A DNA stretch of 41,794 bases, from assembly GCA_051000335.1 (NCBI GenBank), contig JBPCOK010000090.1, forward strand, positions 1-41,794, in the 5' to 3' direction. Each line of letters opens with the position of its first letter. Within the stretch, counting starts at the first letter, position 1. Below, piece after piece: positions 1 through 8,421 of the stretch. Source of the DNA: Candidatus Limnocylindria bacterium. GTDB lineage: Bacteria > Chloroflexota > Limnocylindria > QHBO01. Position numbers and translations under genes: made by a program. The notes below the pieces were generated by a model. The model had not been told where the DNA came from. It saw only the letters and a program-made list of their open reading frames with translations, and did no database searches.

Positions 1-1019
1 AGCATCCCGAAGCGGTCCGGATCGGCGGCGGCGGCGCATTGGATGGCGTTGAGCGCCGCGCCCTTGCGCAGGTTGTCACTGCTCACCCACAGGGCGAAGC
101 CCCGCTCGCGGCCCGGGATGGCGCGAAGGCGTCCGACGAGCACCGGGTCTCGCCCCTCGACATCGAGCGGCATCGGGTGGCGCTCGGAACCGTCCGATGC
201 GCGGTACTCCATGCCGGGCGCGGCTCGCAGCACTCGCTCGAGCTCCTCGACGGTCGTGTCGCGCTCGGTTCGGACGTGGAGAGCGGCCGAGTGGCCCGTG
301 TGCACCGGGACGCGGACGGTGGTGGCCGCCACGTCGAGGTCGGGCATCTCGAGGATCTTGCGGATCTCGGCATGGATCTTCTTCTCCTCGCCGGTCCAGC
401 CGGTCTCGTCAAGGACGTCGATCTGCGGCACGACCGAATCGGCGATGCGCCCATGGAACGGCGAGTCGGGAGCTGGATCGCGGTGATCGCTGCCGCGCTC
501 CGCCTCGAACGCGTCGAGGCCCTTGCGCCCGGCCCCGCTGACCGCCTGGTAGGACGCGAGGTCCACCGACGCCAGCCCGACGGCGTCCCGGAGGGCGGCG
601 AGCGGCACGACGACCGCGGCCGTCGTGCAGTTCGGGTTCGCGATCAGGTTGCCGGCCCGTTGGCGCGCGGCGTGGGCGTTGGCCTCGGGAACGACGAGCG
701 GAATGTCATCGGCGAGGCGGAAGGCGCTCGAGTTGTCGACGACCAGCGGAACCGATGCGCCAGGCCCGGCCATGATCTCGCGGCTCTGCGGACCGTCGAC
801 GGCCAGGAACAGCACGTCGAGCGCAGCCGCATTCGCATCGCTCAGCAGCTCGACGGGGATCGACGTGCCGCGATAGTCCAGCGAATTGCCCTCGAGATGC
901 CCGAACGGTCGGAGGCATTCGGCGGGAAGTCCCGCATCGGCAAGGATCGAGCAGAACATGCCGCCCACCACGCCGCGCGCGCCGGCCACGCCGACGGTCG
1001 GCCACGTTCGGTCGCTCAT
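1..1019 (-). CDS. asd: Aspartate-semialdehyde dehydrogenase, 3' end runs off the window
   Basis: Absent from the ORF track (no stop in window) and translated by hand: MSDRTWPTVGVAGARGVVG..., VVDNSSAFR, IANPNCTT (catalytic Cys), YQAVSGAG, VRVPVHTGHS, DNLRKGAALNAIQ. The ATG overlaps the hom stop (ATGA). Confidence 0.95.
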   Translation of the reverse strand, partial: MSDRTWPTVGVAGARGVVGGMFCSILADAGLPAECLRPFGHLEGNSLDYRGTSIPVELLSDANAAALDVLFLAVDGPQSREIMAGPGASVPLVVDNSSAFRLADDIPLVVPEANAHAARQRAGNLIANPNCTTAAVVVPLAALRDAVGLASVDLASYQAVSGAGRKGLDAFEAERGSDHRDPAPDSPFHGRIADSVVPQIDVLDETGWTGEEKKIHAEIRKILEMPDLDVAATTVRVPVHTGHSAALHVRTERDTTVEELERVLRAAPGMEYRASDGSERHPMPLDVEGRDPVLVGRLRAIPGRERGFALWVSSDNLRKGAALNAIQCAAAADPDRFGM

Positions 1020-1936
1020 GATGGCGCACCGAACAGCACCGGGCGTTCCCCTGCGACGAGCCTGGCGAGATCGGCGTACACGGCCCCGGCCGTCACGCGG
1101 CCGCCTGCGCCAGGCCCGGAGACCCGGTAGACGCCGGCGTCGGCGACCGAGATCTCGAGCACGTTCTCGATGCCGGCGGCTCGGGCCAGCGGATCGGCGG
1201 GGTCGATCGGGATCGGCTTGACGGTCATGGAGCCCTTCGTCGCTTCCGCCACGAGCCGAATGGTCTCGCCCGCGGCAATCTCGTGATCGACGATACCGGT
1301 CGTGTCCACGTCCTGCTCGGAACGCCACCTGCCCCACGCGACCGAGGCGAGGATGGCGAGCTTCTGGGCGGCGTCGCGGCCATCGACGTCGAAGCTCGGG
1401 TCGGCCTCGGCGAATCCGGCCTCCTGCGCCTCGCGAAGCGCGTCGTCGTAGCTGCGACCGTCGCCCATGGCGGTGAGGATGTAGGTCGTCGTGGCGTTGA
1501 TGACGCCCCTCATGCCCTCGATGGCCCGTGTCGCCGCGAGATGCTGAACGGTTTCGATCATCGGGGTTCCGCCGCCCACGCTGGCGCTGCCCAGCAGAGC
1601 GGCGACCCGCCGATCGGCGAGCTGGGCCAGCTCCTTCCCGTGGGTGGCAAGCAGCGCCTTGTTCGCCGTCACGTATGGCTTGCCGCGATCGAGCGCGGTC
1701 CTGGCCCAGCCGAGTGGCCCCTCGACACCGCCGGCGAGCTCGACCACGACATCGGCGTCCATGACACCCTCCGGTCCTACGATCTCCACCCCCTTCGGAA
1801 GATCGAGGCGCTCGCGGTCGCGGACCGCCACGCGGGCCAGCGTCAGGGGCAGCGGCCCGGCTTGCACGAGCTTCCCGAGCGCCGATCCCACGGTGCCCCA
1901 TCCAATGAGGCCGATTCGAAGCCGATCACCAGCCAT
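1016..1936 (-). CDS. hom: Homoserine dehydrogenase, short form without ACT domain
   Basis: IGLIGWGTVG, VTANKALLA, SVGGGTP, GFAEADPSFDVDGRDAAQKLAIL, GPGAGGRVTA. Start placed at ATG 1936, preceded by TAGACT. Confidence 0.93.
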   Translation of the reverse strand: MAGDRLRIGLIGWGTVGSALGKLVQAGPLPLTLARVAVRDRERLDLPKGVEIVGPEGVMDADVVVELAGGVEGPLGWARTALDRGKPYVTANKALLATHGKELAQLADRRVAALLGSASVGGGTPMIETVQHLAATRAIEGMRGVINATTTYILTAMGDGRSYDDALREAQEAGFAEADPSFDVDGRDAAQKLAILASVAWGRWRSEQDVDTTGIVDHEIAAGETIRLVAEATKGSMTVKPIPIDPADPLARAAGIENVLEISVADAGVYRVSGPGAGGRVTAGAVYADLARLVAGERPVLFGAPS

Positions 1937-2005
1937 ATGGCGGAAGTCTATCGGGTCGCGCGGCGCGTCGAGGACTGCCGAGGCCCGTCCGGCACCGCGA
2001 CGCAC

Positions 2006-2028
2006 AGTGTGCAAGACACTTGCACACT
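2006..2028. promoter_or_regulatory. Perfect 10-bp inverted repeat, candidate operator
   Basis: AGTGTGCAAG-aca-CTTGCACACT in the divergent hom / NTF2 intergenic region. Confidence 0.5.
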
Positions 2029-2105
2029 CCTCGCAAGCTGCGGCAATCGGCCAATCGGCGCCACTGACCAGCCACGGACCGGATCGGCGCTAAACTGGAC
2101 AGGAC

Positions 2106-2441
2106 ATGGGAGCCACCGAAACCGTCGATCTGTTCTTCGAGCTGATCAACGACGACCACCGCGACAAGGCCGTCGAACTCTTCAGCGAGAACGCCGTCCT
2201 GGGCGTCAGCGTGCCGGGTTCGGACGAGCGGACGAACCTTCGCGGGCGCGACAAGGTCGGCGGCTGGTTCCTGCGCGCCGGCGATGGCTTCCGCATGTTC
2301 ACGAACGACAGCCGAAATATGGGCGCCAGCTATATCGCCGATGTCACGGTCATGCGCCCCGGAGCCGACCCCCTCCACGTCGAGGCGAACTTCCGCGTGG
2401 AAGGCGGCGAGATCGTGGCGCTCTTCCTTCAGCCGAACTAA
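2106..2441 (+). CDS. NTF2/SnoaL-like domain protein
   Basis: 111 aa. TVDLFFELIN...AVELFSENAV...LRGRDKV...FRVEGGEIV matches the SnoaL-like pattern. Confidence 0.7.
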   Translation: MGATETVDLFFELINDDHRDKAVELFSENAVLGVSVPGSDERTNLRGRDKVGGWFLRAGDGFRMFTNDSRNMGASYIADVTVMRPGADPLHVEANFRVEGGEIVALFLQPN

Positions 2442-2541
2442 GGCTGATCGGCCCCTCGGCATCCCCTCAGTCGTCGTTGCCGTTGCCGCGATCGTGTCCG
2501 CTCGGCGGGCGAGGTGATGGTTGCACGATCCGGTCCGATGG

Positions 2542-3300
2542 CTAGGGAAAGAGGTCCCGGTCGGGCTCCATGACGATCGTCGCCGCTCCGGCATCGGACG
2601 GCGACCACGCGTATCCCCGGATCAGTACCACGGGCCGCTGATCGGCCTTGCCGCCGGCGAGGTCTGCCGCCGATGCGAGCTCATCGGCGACGGCGAGGAT
2701 GGTCGCCTGCATCGGGCGTCCCGATGCGTCCGGCGCACCGCGCAGATCGACCATGCCCTCGATCCCCGCGGAACCGATCGCGACGTTCACGATCCCGTTG
2801 CGCCACGGACGTCCGAACGAGTCGCTGATGATGACGGCTGGCGCCGCACCGGTGCGTGCGCGCACCGCGTCACGGATGCCGGTCGCCGACCCATCGGGGT
2901 CCAGCGGCAGCAGCGCCGCAACCTCGCCCCCGCCCACGTTGCTCACGTCGACACCGGCATTGGCACACACGAGGCCGTGGCGGGTGCGGCTGATGATGAG
3001 GCCGCCCGGAGCCATGCGGACGATCGAGGTCGACTCGCGCAGCACGAGCTCCACCTGCCGCGGGTCACGGTCCCAGCGCGCGGCCCATGAGCGGGCGAGC
3101 TCGGACGGCTCGACCGAGGACAGCTCCACGAGGCGACCCTCAGCCTTGGAGACGACCTTCTGGGTCACCACCAGGACGTCGTCATCGGCGAGCGTGAAGC
3201 CCCCCTCGGTGGCCGCGCCAAGAATCAGCGCCCCGAGGTCATCCCCGGGCTGGATTTCGCCGATGCCGTCCAGGCCGATGAGCTCGATGTGCGAGCTCAC
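2542..3300 (-). CDS. cofE: Coenzyme F420-0:L-glutamate ligase, stand-alone (no nitroreductase domain)
   Basis: EIQPGDDL, VVTQKVVSKAEGR, ANAGVDVSN, ISDSFGRPWRNG, ADELASAADL. GTG start overlaps the cofC stop (GTGA). Confidence 0.95.
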   Translation of the reverse strand: MSSHIELIGLDGIGEIQPGDDLGALILGAATEGGFTLADDDVLVVTQKVVSKAEGRLVELSSVEPSELARSWAARWDRDPRQVELVLRESTSIVRMAPGGLIISRTRHGLVCANAGVDVSNVGGGEVAALLPLDPDGSATGIRDAVRARTGAAPAVIISDSFGRPWRNGIVNVAIGSAGIEGMVDLRGAPDASGRPMQATILAVADELASAADLAGGKADQRPVVLIRGYAWSPSDAGAATIVMEPDRDLFP

Positions 3301-3902
3301 GCGGCGTCGCCGAGCTCGAGCCAGCGTCGAAGGTCGTCCGGCGTATCGAGGTCGAAGGAGAGACCCGCCCGGTTGACCGCGACGAGGGGAACGCCGGCCT
3401 GCTCGACCTCGACGAGGTGCGCCGCGAAGCTGCCGGTCCCGAAGCGGAAGCGGATGACGCCCGGCGGCCGCAGGACGAGGCCGTTGGTTCCCGTGCCGGC
3501 ACGGTCCGGTGCGATCGCCACCGCGGGAGTGCCGTCGCCCGGCAGGGCGGCGCACAGGACCTCGACGTCGCCGGCCTGGAGGTTGGGAAGATCGCCGTGC
3601 AGCACGATCAGCGTGCCGACATCGTCCACCAGGGCCTCGAAGCGGGCCTGCTCGAGGCCCTGGTTCAGGCCCATCCCGCGCTGAACGACGAGGCGCGCGC
3701 CCGACGGCTCGATGATCTCGGCCAGGGCCCGCGACGGGGAGATGACGACGACCTCATCGCAGACCTCACGGGTCACCTTCAGGACGCGTTGGAGCAACTG
3801 GCTGGCGAGCATCACCCGCTCCTCCGGCGAGAGGCTGGGCGCGAGGCGCGTCTTGGCGGCCTCGAGCCCGCGATGCGGGACGATGATGCGCGTCGATGTC
3901 AC
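3297..3902 (-). CDS. cofC: 2-phospho-L-lactate/PEP guanylyltransferase (CofC/FbiD)
   Basis: AKTRLAPSLSPEER, GLNQGL, HGDLP, APDRAGTGTN, FRFGTGSFAAH, DLDTPDDL. Confidence 0.93.
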   Translation of the reverse strand: MTSTRIIVPHRGLEAAKTRLAPSLSPEERVMLASQLLQRVLKVTREVCDEVVVISPSRALAEIIEPSGARLVVQRGMGLNQGLEQARFEALVDDVGTLIVLHGDLPNLQAGDVEVLCAALPGDGTPAVAIAPDRAGTGTNGLVLRPPGVIRFRFGTGSFAAHLVEVEQAGVPLVAVNRAGLSFDLDTPDDLRRWLELGDAA

Positions 3903-3938
3903 TCATGGAGCATATCGCGAACCCGGCTCCGCGCCGAA

Positions 3939-4871
3939 TCAGTCGCTGCCGACGAGGTGCTCGAGAGCCTCGGCGAGCGTCCGACGATCCGAATCCGCGC
4001 GCATCACCGTGGGAAGCACGCTCACCTCCATGCCGAGCGCCTCGATCTCGGCGGCGAGCGCGGAATCGGCCGCGTCGATCACGAACCGATCGACGATGCC
4101 GGCATACAGTCGCGCCACGCCGAGCGCCGACGACTCGTGGCCCATCGACGCCAGCATGTGGGCCGCGGGGCCCTTCAGCGCTCGTCCGCCGATGATCGGG
4201 CTGACCGCGACGCACGCGGCATCCGATGCGGCCATCGCGGCCCGCACGCCGGGAAGCTCGAGGATCGGCCCGATGCTCACGAGCGGATTCGACGGACCGA
4301 TGACGATGAGCTCCGCGCCGGCGATCGCATCCAGGACCTCGGGCGTCGGCCGCGCGCTCGAGGCGCCATCGAGCTCAACGGAGCGCACATCGGGCTCCTG
4401 GCGTCGGCGGACGAAGTACTCCTGGAACTCGAGCACTCCCTCGTCGGTGTGGAGGAGGGTGCGGTAGCGATCGTCAGTCGCGGGGAGGATCCGGGGCGTG
4501 ACCTCGAGCGCCGCGGCCATGCCGGCGACCACATCCGTGAGTCGCTCGCCACTGCCCAGGCGACGCGTGCGCTCGACGCTGGTCGCGATATCGGCGTCCC
4601 CCAGCGTGAACCAGGTCGCCATCCCCAATCGCTCGAACATTGCATGGGCGGTGCGGGTGTCATCGGCGACTCCCCATCCACGCTCGCGATCCACGAGGCC
4701 GGCCAGGGTGTAGAGGATCGCGTCGATGTCCGGGCTGACGTGGAGGCCATGGACGTCGGCATCGTCACCGACATTCGCCACGACCGAAAGATCGACCCGA
4801 TCACCGAGCAGGGCGAACCCGTGGGCGAGCTTCGCGCCGCCGGTCCCGCCGGCGAGCAGCGTGACCCTCAT
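3939..4871 (-). CDS. cofD: 2-phospho-L-lactate transferase (CofD/FbiA)
   Basis: LAGGTGGAKL, NVGDD..HGLHVSPDID, WFTLGDAD, FQEYFV, GPSNPLVSIGPIL, KGPA. Confidence 0.95.
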   Translation of the reverse strand: MRVTLLAGGTGGAKLAHGFALLGDRVDLSVVANVGDDADVHGLHVSPDIDAILYTLAGLVDRERGWGVADDTRTAHAMFERLGMATWFTLGDADIATSVERTRRLGSGERLTDVVAGMAAALEVTPRILPATDDRYRTLLHTDEGVLEFQEYFVRRRQEPDVRSVELDGASSARPTPEVLDAIAGAELIVIGPSNPLVSIGPILELPGVRAAMAASDAACVAVSPIIGGRALKGPAAHMLASMGHESSALGVARLYAGIVDRFVIDAADSALAAEIEALGMEVSVLPTVMRADSDRRTLAEALEHLVGSD

Positions 4872-4890
4872 GACCTCGGCCGGCGGACGG

Positions 4891-5823
4891 TCAGCCGGCC
4901 AGGGCCGGCTTGACCTCGGTCATCAGGCGCTCCATCGATTCCGCGTCGTACGGGGAGGGAAATCCCACGATGAAATGCCGGAACCCGATGCCGAGGAACG
5001 GACGCATCTGCTCGGCGACCTGCTCGGGGGTCCCAACCATCTGGCTCTTCCAAAGCTCGGCGTTGCCGTTCCGCTCGAACATCGACTCGAAGACGCGCTT
5101 GGCCTCCGCCGGATCGTCGCGGATGATGCAGGTGCCCATGCCGACCGTGCGCTCGATCTCGGACTCGTCGCGCCCGACCTCCTCGCAATGCCGCCGCAGG
5201 ATCTCGTCCTTGCGCTTCACGGTCTCGAGGCTGCCGCCCACGTTGCAGGCGTCGGCGTAGCGGGCCACGATGCGCAGCGTCTTCTTTTCGCCACCGCCGC
5301 CGATGAGAATCGGCAGCCGGTCCTGGATCGGCGCGGGATCGTTGCGCACCTCGTGCGCGTGGTAGACGTCGCTTCCAGACGGCTTCTCGGCGTGGAGCAT
5401 GCCGCGCATGATCTGGACCGCCTCCTCGAGCCACCCGAGCCGCTCGCCCGGCGAGGCGCCGAACTCCAGCCCGAAGGCGCGGTGCTCGGTTTCGAACCAC
5501 GCGCCACCGATGCCGAGGACGGCGCGCCCGTTGCTGATGTGGTCGAGCGTGGTGGCCATCTTCGCCACGAGCGCGGGGTTGCGGAACGTGTTCGCGCCGA
5601 CCATGAGACCGACGGTTGCGCGTTCGGTGGCCTCGGCCCAGGCCGCGAGCGTGAGCCAGCCCTCGAAGATCGGTCCCTCGTCGGAGCCGACGATGGGATA
5701 GAGGTGGTCCCAGGTCCACAGACTATTGTATCCAAGTCGGTCGGCCCGGATGCCCGCTTCGCGCAGGGAGGGCCAGTCGGTGTACTGGCCCCAGCAGTTG
5801 GCGCCCAGCTTCATATCTATCAT
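4891..5823 (-). CDS. LLM-class, probably F420-dependent, oxidoreductase (TIGR03560-like)
   Basis: SLWTWDHL, EGWLTLAA, FRNPALVAKMATTLDHISNGR, GIGGAWFETEH, ILIGGGGEKKTLRIVARYAD. Lies directly upstream of cofD. Confidence 0.88.
   Translation of the reverse strand: MIDMKLGANCWGQYTDWPSLREAGIRADRLGYNSLWTWDHLYPIVGSDEGPIFEGWLTLAAWAEATERATVGLMVGANTFRNPALVAKMATTLDHISNGRAVLGIGGAWFETEHRAFGLEFGASPGERLGWLEEAVQIMRGMLHAEKPSGSDVYHAHEVRNDPAPIQDRLPILIGGGGEKKTLRIVARYADACNVGGSLETVKRKDEILRRHCEEVGRDESEIERTVGMGTCIIRDDPAEAKRVFESMFERNGNAELWKSQMVGTPEQVAEQMRPFLGIGFRHFIVGFPSPYDAESMERLMTEVKPALAG
5707..5813 (-). repeat. Direct repeat copy A: 5' segment of the intact LLM gene
   Basis: 107 bp aligning without gaps to 6331-6437; 17 mismatches by manual count, mostly synonymous. 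Confidence 0.9.
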
Positions 5824-5872
5824 GACGCAAGCATACTGACGTAGAATCGTCGCATGGATCTAAAGGAGCATC

Positions 5873-6325
5873 GTGTCTGAACGGCATCTCAGCGTGCGAC
5901 GGCAAGTCGCCGCGTCCTGTGACTCGGTCTGGGACGTGTTCGCGGACTTCCCGAATCTGGCAGACCACTGGGATGGCCTCAAAGCCTCTCGCGCCCTCGG
6001 AGACCAAACCCACGGTGTGGGTGCGCGCCGCCAGGTGGACTTAGCGCCGGTCGGCACGTTGATTGAAACGGTCAGCGCCTGGGAACAGGGGCGCACAATC
6101 GCCACCACGAATCAGCCCTCTGCTCTCGTCCCGTTTAACCACGCCGAGTCCAGGCTTACCCTTGAGCCCGACGGGGAGGGGACAGCGATCACATTCGACT
6201 ACCGGTATGTGCCGAGGGGCGGCCCCGTGGGCCGACTGACCGGTCCCATGATCGACACGATGCTGAGGAGAAACTTCGAGAGCATGCTGGCCTCGATCGA
6301 GGAGGCCGCTCTCAACGCGGACTGA
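5873..6325 (+). CDS. SRPBCC / polyketide cyclase-like (START-fold) protein
   Basis: VWDVFADFPNLADHW, GVGARRQ, ETVSAWEQGR, C-terminal helix FESMLASIEEAA. SD AAGGAG before the GTG. Confidence 0.85.
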   Translation: MSERHLSVRRQVAASCDSVWDVFADFPNLADHWDGLKASRALGDQTHGVGARRQVDLAPVGTLIETVSAWEQGRTIATTNQPSALVPFNHAESRLTLEPDGEGTAITFDYRYVPRGGPVGRLTGPMIDTMLRRNFESMLASIEEAALNAD

Positions 6326-6330
6326 CAGAA

Positions 6331-6450
6331 GTCCCACGTCCAGAGCGAGTCGAACCCGAGCCGGTCGGCGCGGATGCCCGCCTCGCGGAGCGAGGGCCAA
6401 TCGGTGTACTGGCCCCAGCAGTTGGCGCCGAGCTTCAATGTATTCGTCAT
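6331..6450 (-). pseudogene. Orphaned 5' fragment of the LLM oxidoreductase (repeat copy B)
   Basis: MTNTLKLGANCWGQYTDWPSLREAGIRADRLGFDSLWTWD versus MIDMKLGANCWGQYTDWPSLREAGIRADRLGYNSLWTWD of the intact gene. Homology stops at the SRPBCC 3' end. Confidence 0.88.
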
Positions 6451-6502
6451 ACCGCCCGAGCGTAGCAGGACGCGGGCCGGAACCGCCGAACCCGCCGAAC
6501 CG

Positions 6503-7885
6503 CTAGGAAGTCGGTGCCTCGGCCGGGCCGATGCGGACGGTCTGGATGTTCGTGAACTCCCAGATTCCGTGCCGTCCGAGCTCGCGGCCGTAGCCGCTGC
6601 GCTTCACGCCGCCCATCGGCATGCGGGGATCCGACGCCACCAGGCCGTTGACGAACACCGATCCCGCCTCGATGCGTCGGGCGATCTGCTTCGCGGCATC
6701 CAAATCGCGGGTCCAGACCGCAGCGCCCAGCCCGTACTCGGTGTCGTTGGCGAGGGTAACCGCGTGCTCGACGTCCCGCGCCCGAATGAGGGCGGCCACC
6801 GGGCCGAAGGTCTCCTCGCGAAAGGTGGGCATCGCGTCGGTCACACCGTCGAGGACCGTGGGCGCGTAGAAGTAGCCGCGGCCGGCAACGCGATCGCCGC
6901 CCACGAGCGGCTCGGCGCCCATGCCGCGCGAATCGTCGACCTGGCGCTCAAGCGTGTCGCGCAGATCGGCGCGGGCCAGCGGGCCGACGTTCGTGTCACG
7001 CGACGCCGGGTCGCCGACCCGCAGGGCGCGCACCGCATCGGCGAACCGCTGTCCGAACTCATCGGCGACGGCCTCCTCCACGATGAACCGCTTGGCGGCG
7101 ATGCAGCTCTGCCCGCTGTTCTGGTTCCGCGCCCGCGCCGCGGTCCGGGCGGCGTAGTCGAGGTCCGCATCGGCAAGGACGATGAAGGGGTCCGATCCGC
7201 CGAGCTCGAGCACCTGCTTCTTCAGCCGCGCCGCGGCGAGGGAGGCGATCCGCGCTCCGACCTCCGACGACCCGGTGAGGGTCACGGCGTCGATCCGGGG
7301 GTCATCGACCAGCCGCTCGGTGCCCGATCCTGCCACGAGCACGGTGCGCAGCAGGCCGGTCGGGAATCCCGCGTCGCGCAGGACCTCCTCGCAGGCGAGT
7401 GCGGACTGCGGGACGTTCGAGGCGTGCTTGAGGACCATGCCGTTGCCGGCCATGAGGGTCGGCGCGCCCGCCCGGAACACCTGCCAGAACGGGAAGTTCC
7501 ACGGCATGATCGCCAGGATCGTGCCGAGCGGCTCGTAGGCGACGTAGCTCTCGAGCGATTCGGTCTCGACCGGGGCGTCCGCCAGGTACTCGGCGGCGTG
7601 TTCGGCGTAGTGGTCGCAGGCGAGGGCGCACTTGTTGACCTCGGCTTCGGCCTCGAGGATGGGCTTGCCCATCTCCGCGGTGATGACGGCGCCGTAGCGC
7701 TCGGCGCGCTCCCGCAGGATCTCGGCTGCGCGGCGCATGGGAACCGCCCGCTCCTCGACGCTCATTGTCCGCCAGACACGCTGCGCGGCCAAGACCTCGT
7801 CCACGGCGTCGTCGACCCGCGCGTCCGACCACGGGTCGAACTGGGCAAGCAGCTCCTCGGTGGCGGGGTTGATCGAGCTGATCAT
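6503..7885 (-). CDS. NAD(P)-dependent aldehyde dehydrogenase, succinate-semialdehyde dehydrogenase (Sad/GabD1) type
   Basis: IMPWNFP, LKHAS, LTGS, ELGGSDP (Glu), SGQSCIA (Cys), EETFGP, GGVKRSGYGRELG. Confidence 0.9.
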   Translation of the reverse strand: MISSINPATEELLAQFDPWSDARVDDAVDEVLAAQRVWRTMSVEERAVPMRRAAEILRERAERYGAVITAEMGKPILEAEAEVNKCALACDHYAEHAAEYLADAPVETESLESYVAYEPLGTILAIMPWNFPFWQVFRAGAPTLMAGNGMVLKHASNVPQSALACEEVLRDAGFPTGLLRTVLVAGSGTERLVDDPRIDAVTLTGSSEVGARIASLAAARLKKQVLELGGSDPFIVLADADLDYAARTAARARNQNSGQSCIAAKRFIVEEAVADEFGQRFADAVRALRVGDPASRDTNVGPLARADLRDTLERQVDDSRGMGAEPLVGGDRVAGRGYFYAPTVLDGVTDAMPTFREETFGPVAALIRARDVEHAVTLANDTEYGLGAAVWTRDLDAAKQIARRIEAGSVFVNGLVASDPRMPMGGVKRSGYGRELGRHGIWEFTNIQTVRIGPAEAPTS

Positions 7886-8394
7886 TCGTCGGCGTTGATG
7901 GCCGATGCCGGCAGGTCGTGCCGGATCACCTTCTCGACTCGCATGCGGATGATCACCCGCTCCTGGCCCTCGTAGCGCTCAGGCTTCGCGTGATAGCGGC
8001 GAGCCAGGTCCATGATGTGGTCGAGCGCGGGCTGGAACTCCGCATCGAGCTCGACCGTGCCGCGCATCGAGACCCAGTACAGGCCGTCCTCGAACATGAG
8101 GGACACGCGCGGATCGGCCTGGAGCTGACGGTACTTCAGGCGTCGGACCATGGTGTTCATGAGGATGACGTCGGGCTCGTCGGGCTCGAGGTCGAACCAC
8201 AGCACCGACTGGCTCGGCGGGCCGTCGCCGGTGTTGACGGCGAGGACGGGGTAGCGTAGCTCGCTCAGCATCCAGGCGCGGAGGTCGTCGGTCAGCATGT
8301 TGCCGACCGTCAGATCGGGATCGCTCAAGGGGCCTCCTGTCAGGGTCTCCCGCCGCGGGGGCAGCGGACGCGGATTGGGCTCGTGGAATGCCAT
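7882..8394 (-). CDS. PPOX-class (split beta-barrel), probably F420-dependent, oxidoreductase
   Basis: PSQSVLWF, NTMVRRLKYRQLQADPRVSL, WVSMRGTVE, LARRY, ERVIIR. The start may be ATG 8298. The stop overlaps the ALDH start. Confidence 0.8.
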   Translation of the reverse strand: MAFHEPNPRPLPPRRETLTGGPLSDPDLTVGNMLTDDLRAWMLSELRYPVLAVNTGDGPPSQSVLWFDLEPDEPDVILMNTMVRRLKYRQLQADPRVSLMFEDGLYWVSMRGTVELDAEFQPALDHIMDLARRYHAKPERYEGQERVIIRMRVEKVIRHDLPASAINADE

Positions 8395-8421
8395 TCCAGT
8401 CTAGCCCTACACTCGGGGCAC

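Noticed and set aside
39-1130. 363-aa plus-strand ORF
   Set aside because: Antisense shadow of asd, which is missing from the track only because it lacks a stop in the window.
6199-6330. 83-aa ORF 6199-6450 as a functional protein
   Set aside because: After WTWD it reads through the antisense of SRPBCC; treated as a gene fragment.
6479-6502. Short GAACC(C)GCC tandem repeat after the ALDH stop
   Set aside because: Three imperfect low-complexity units with no supportable function.
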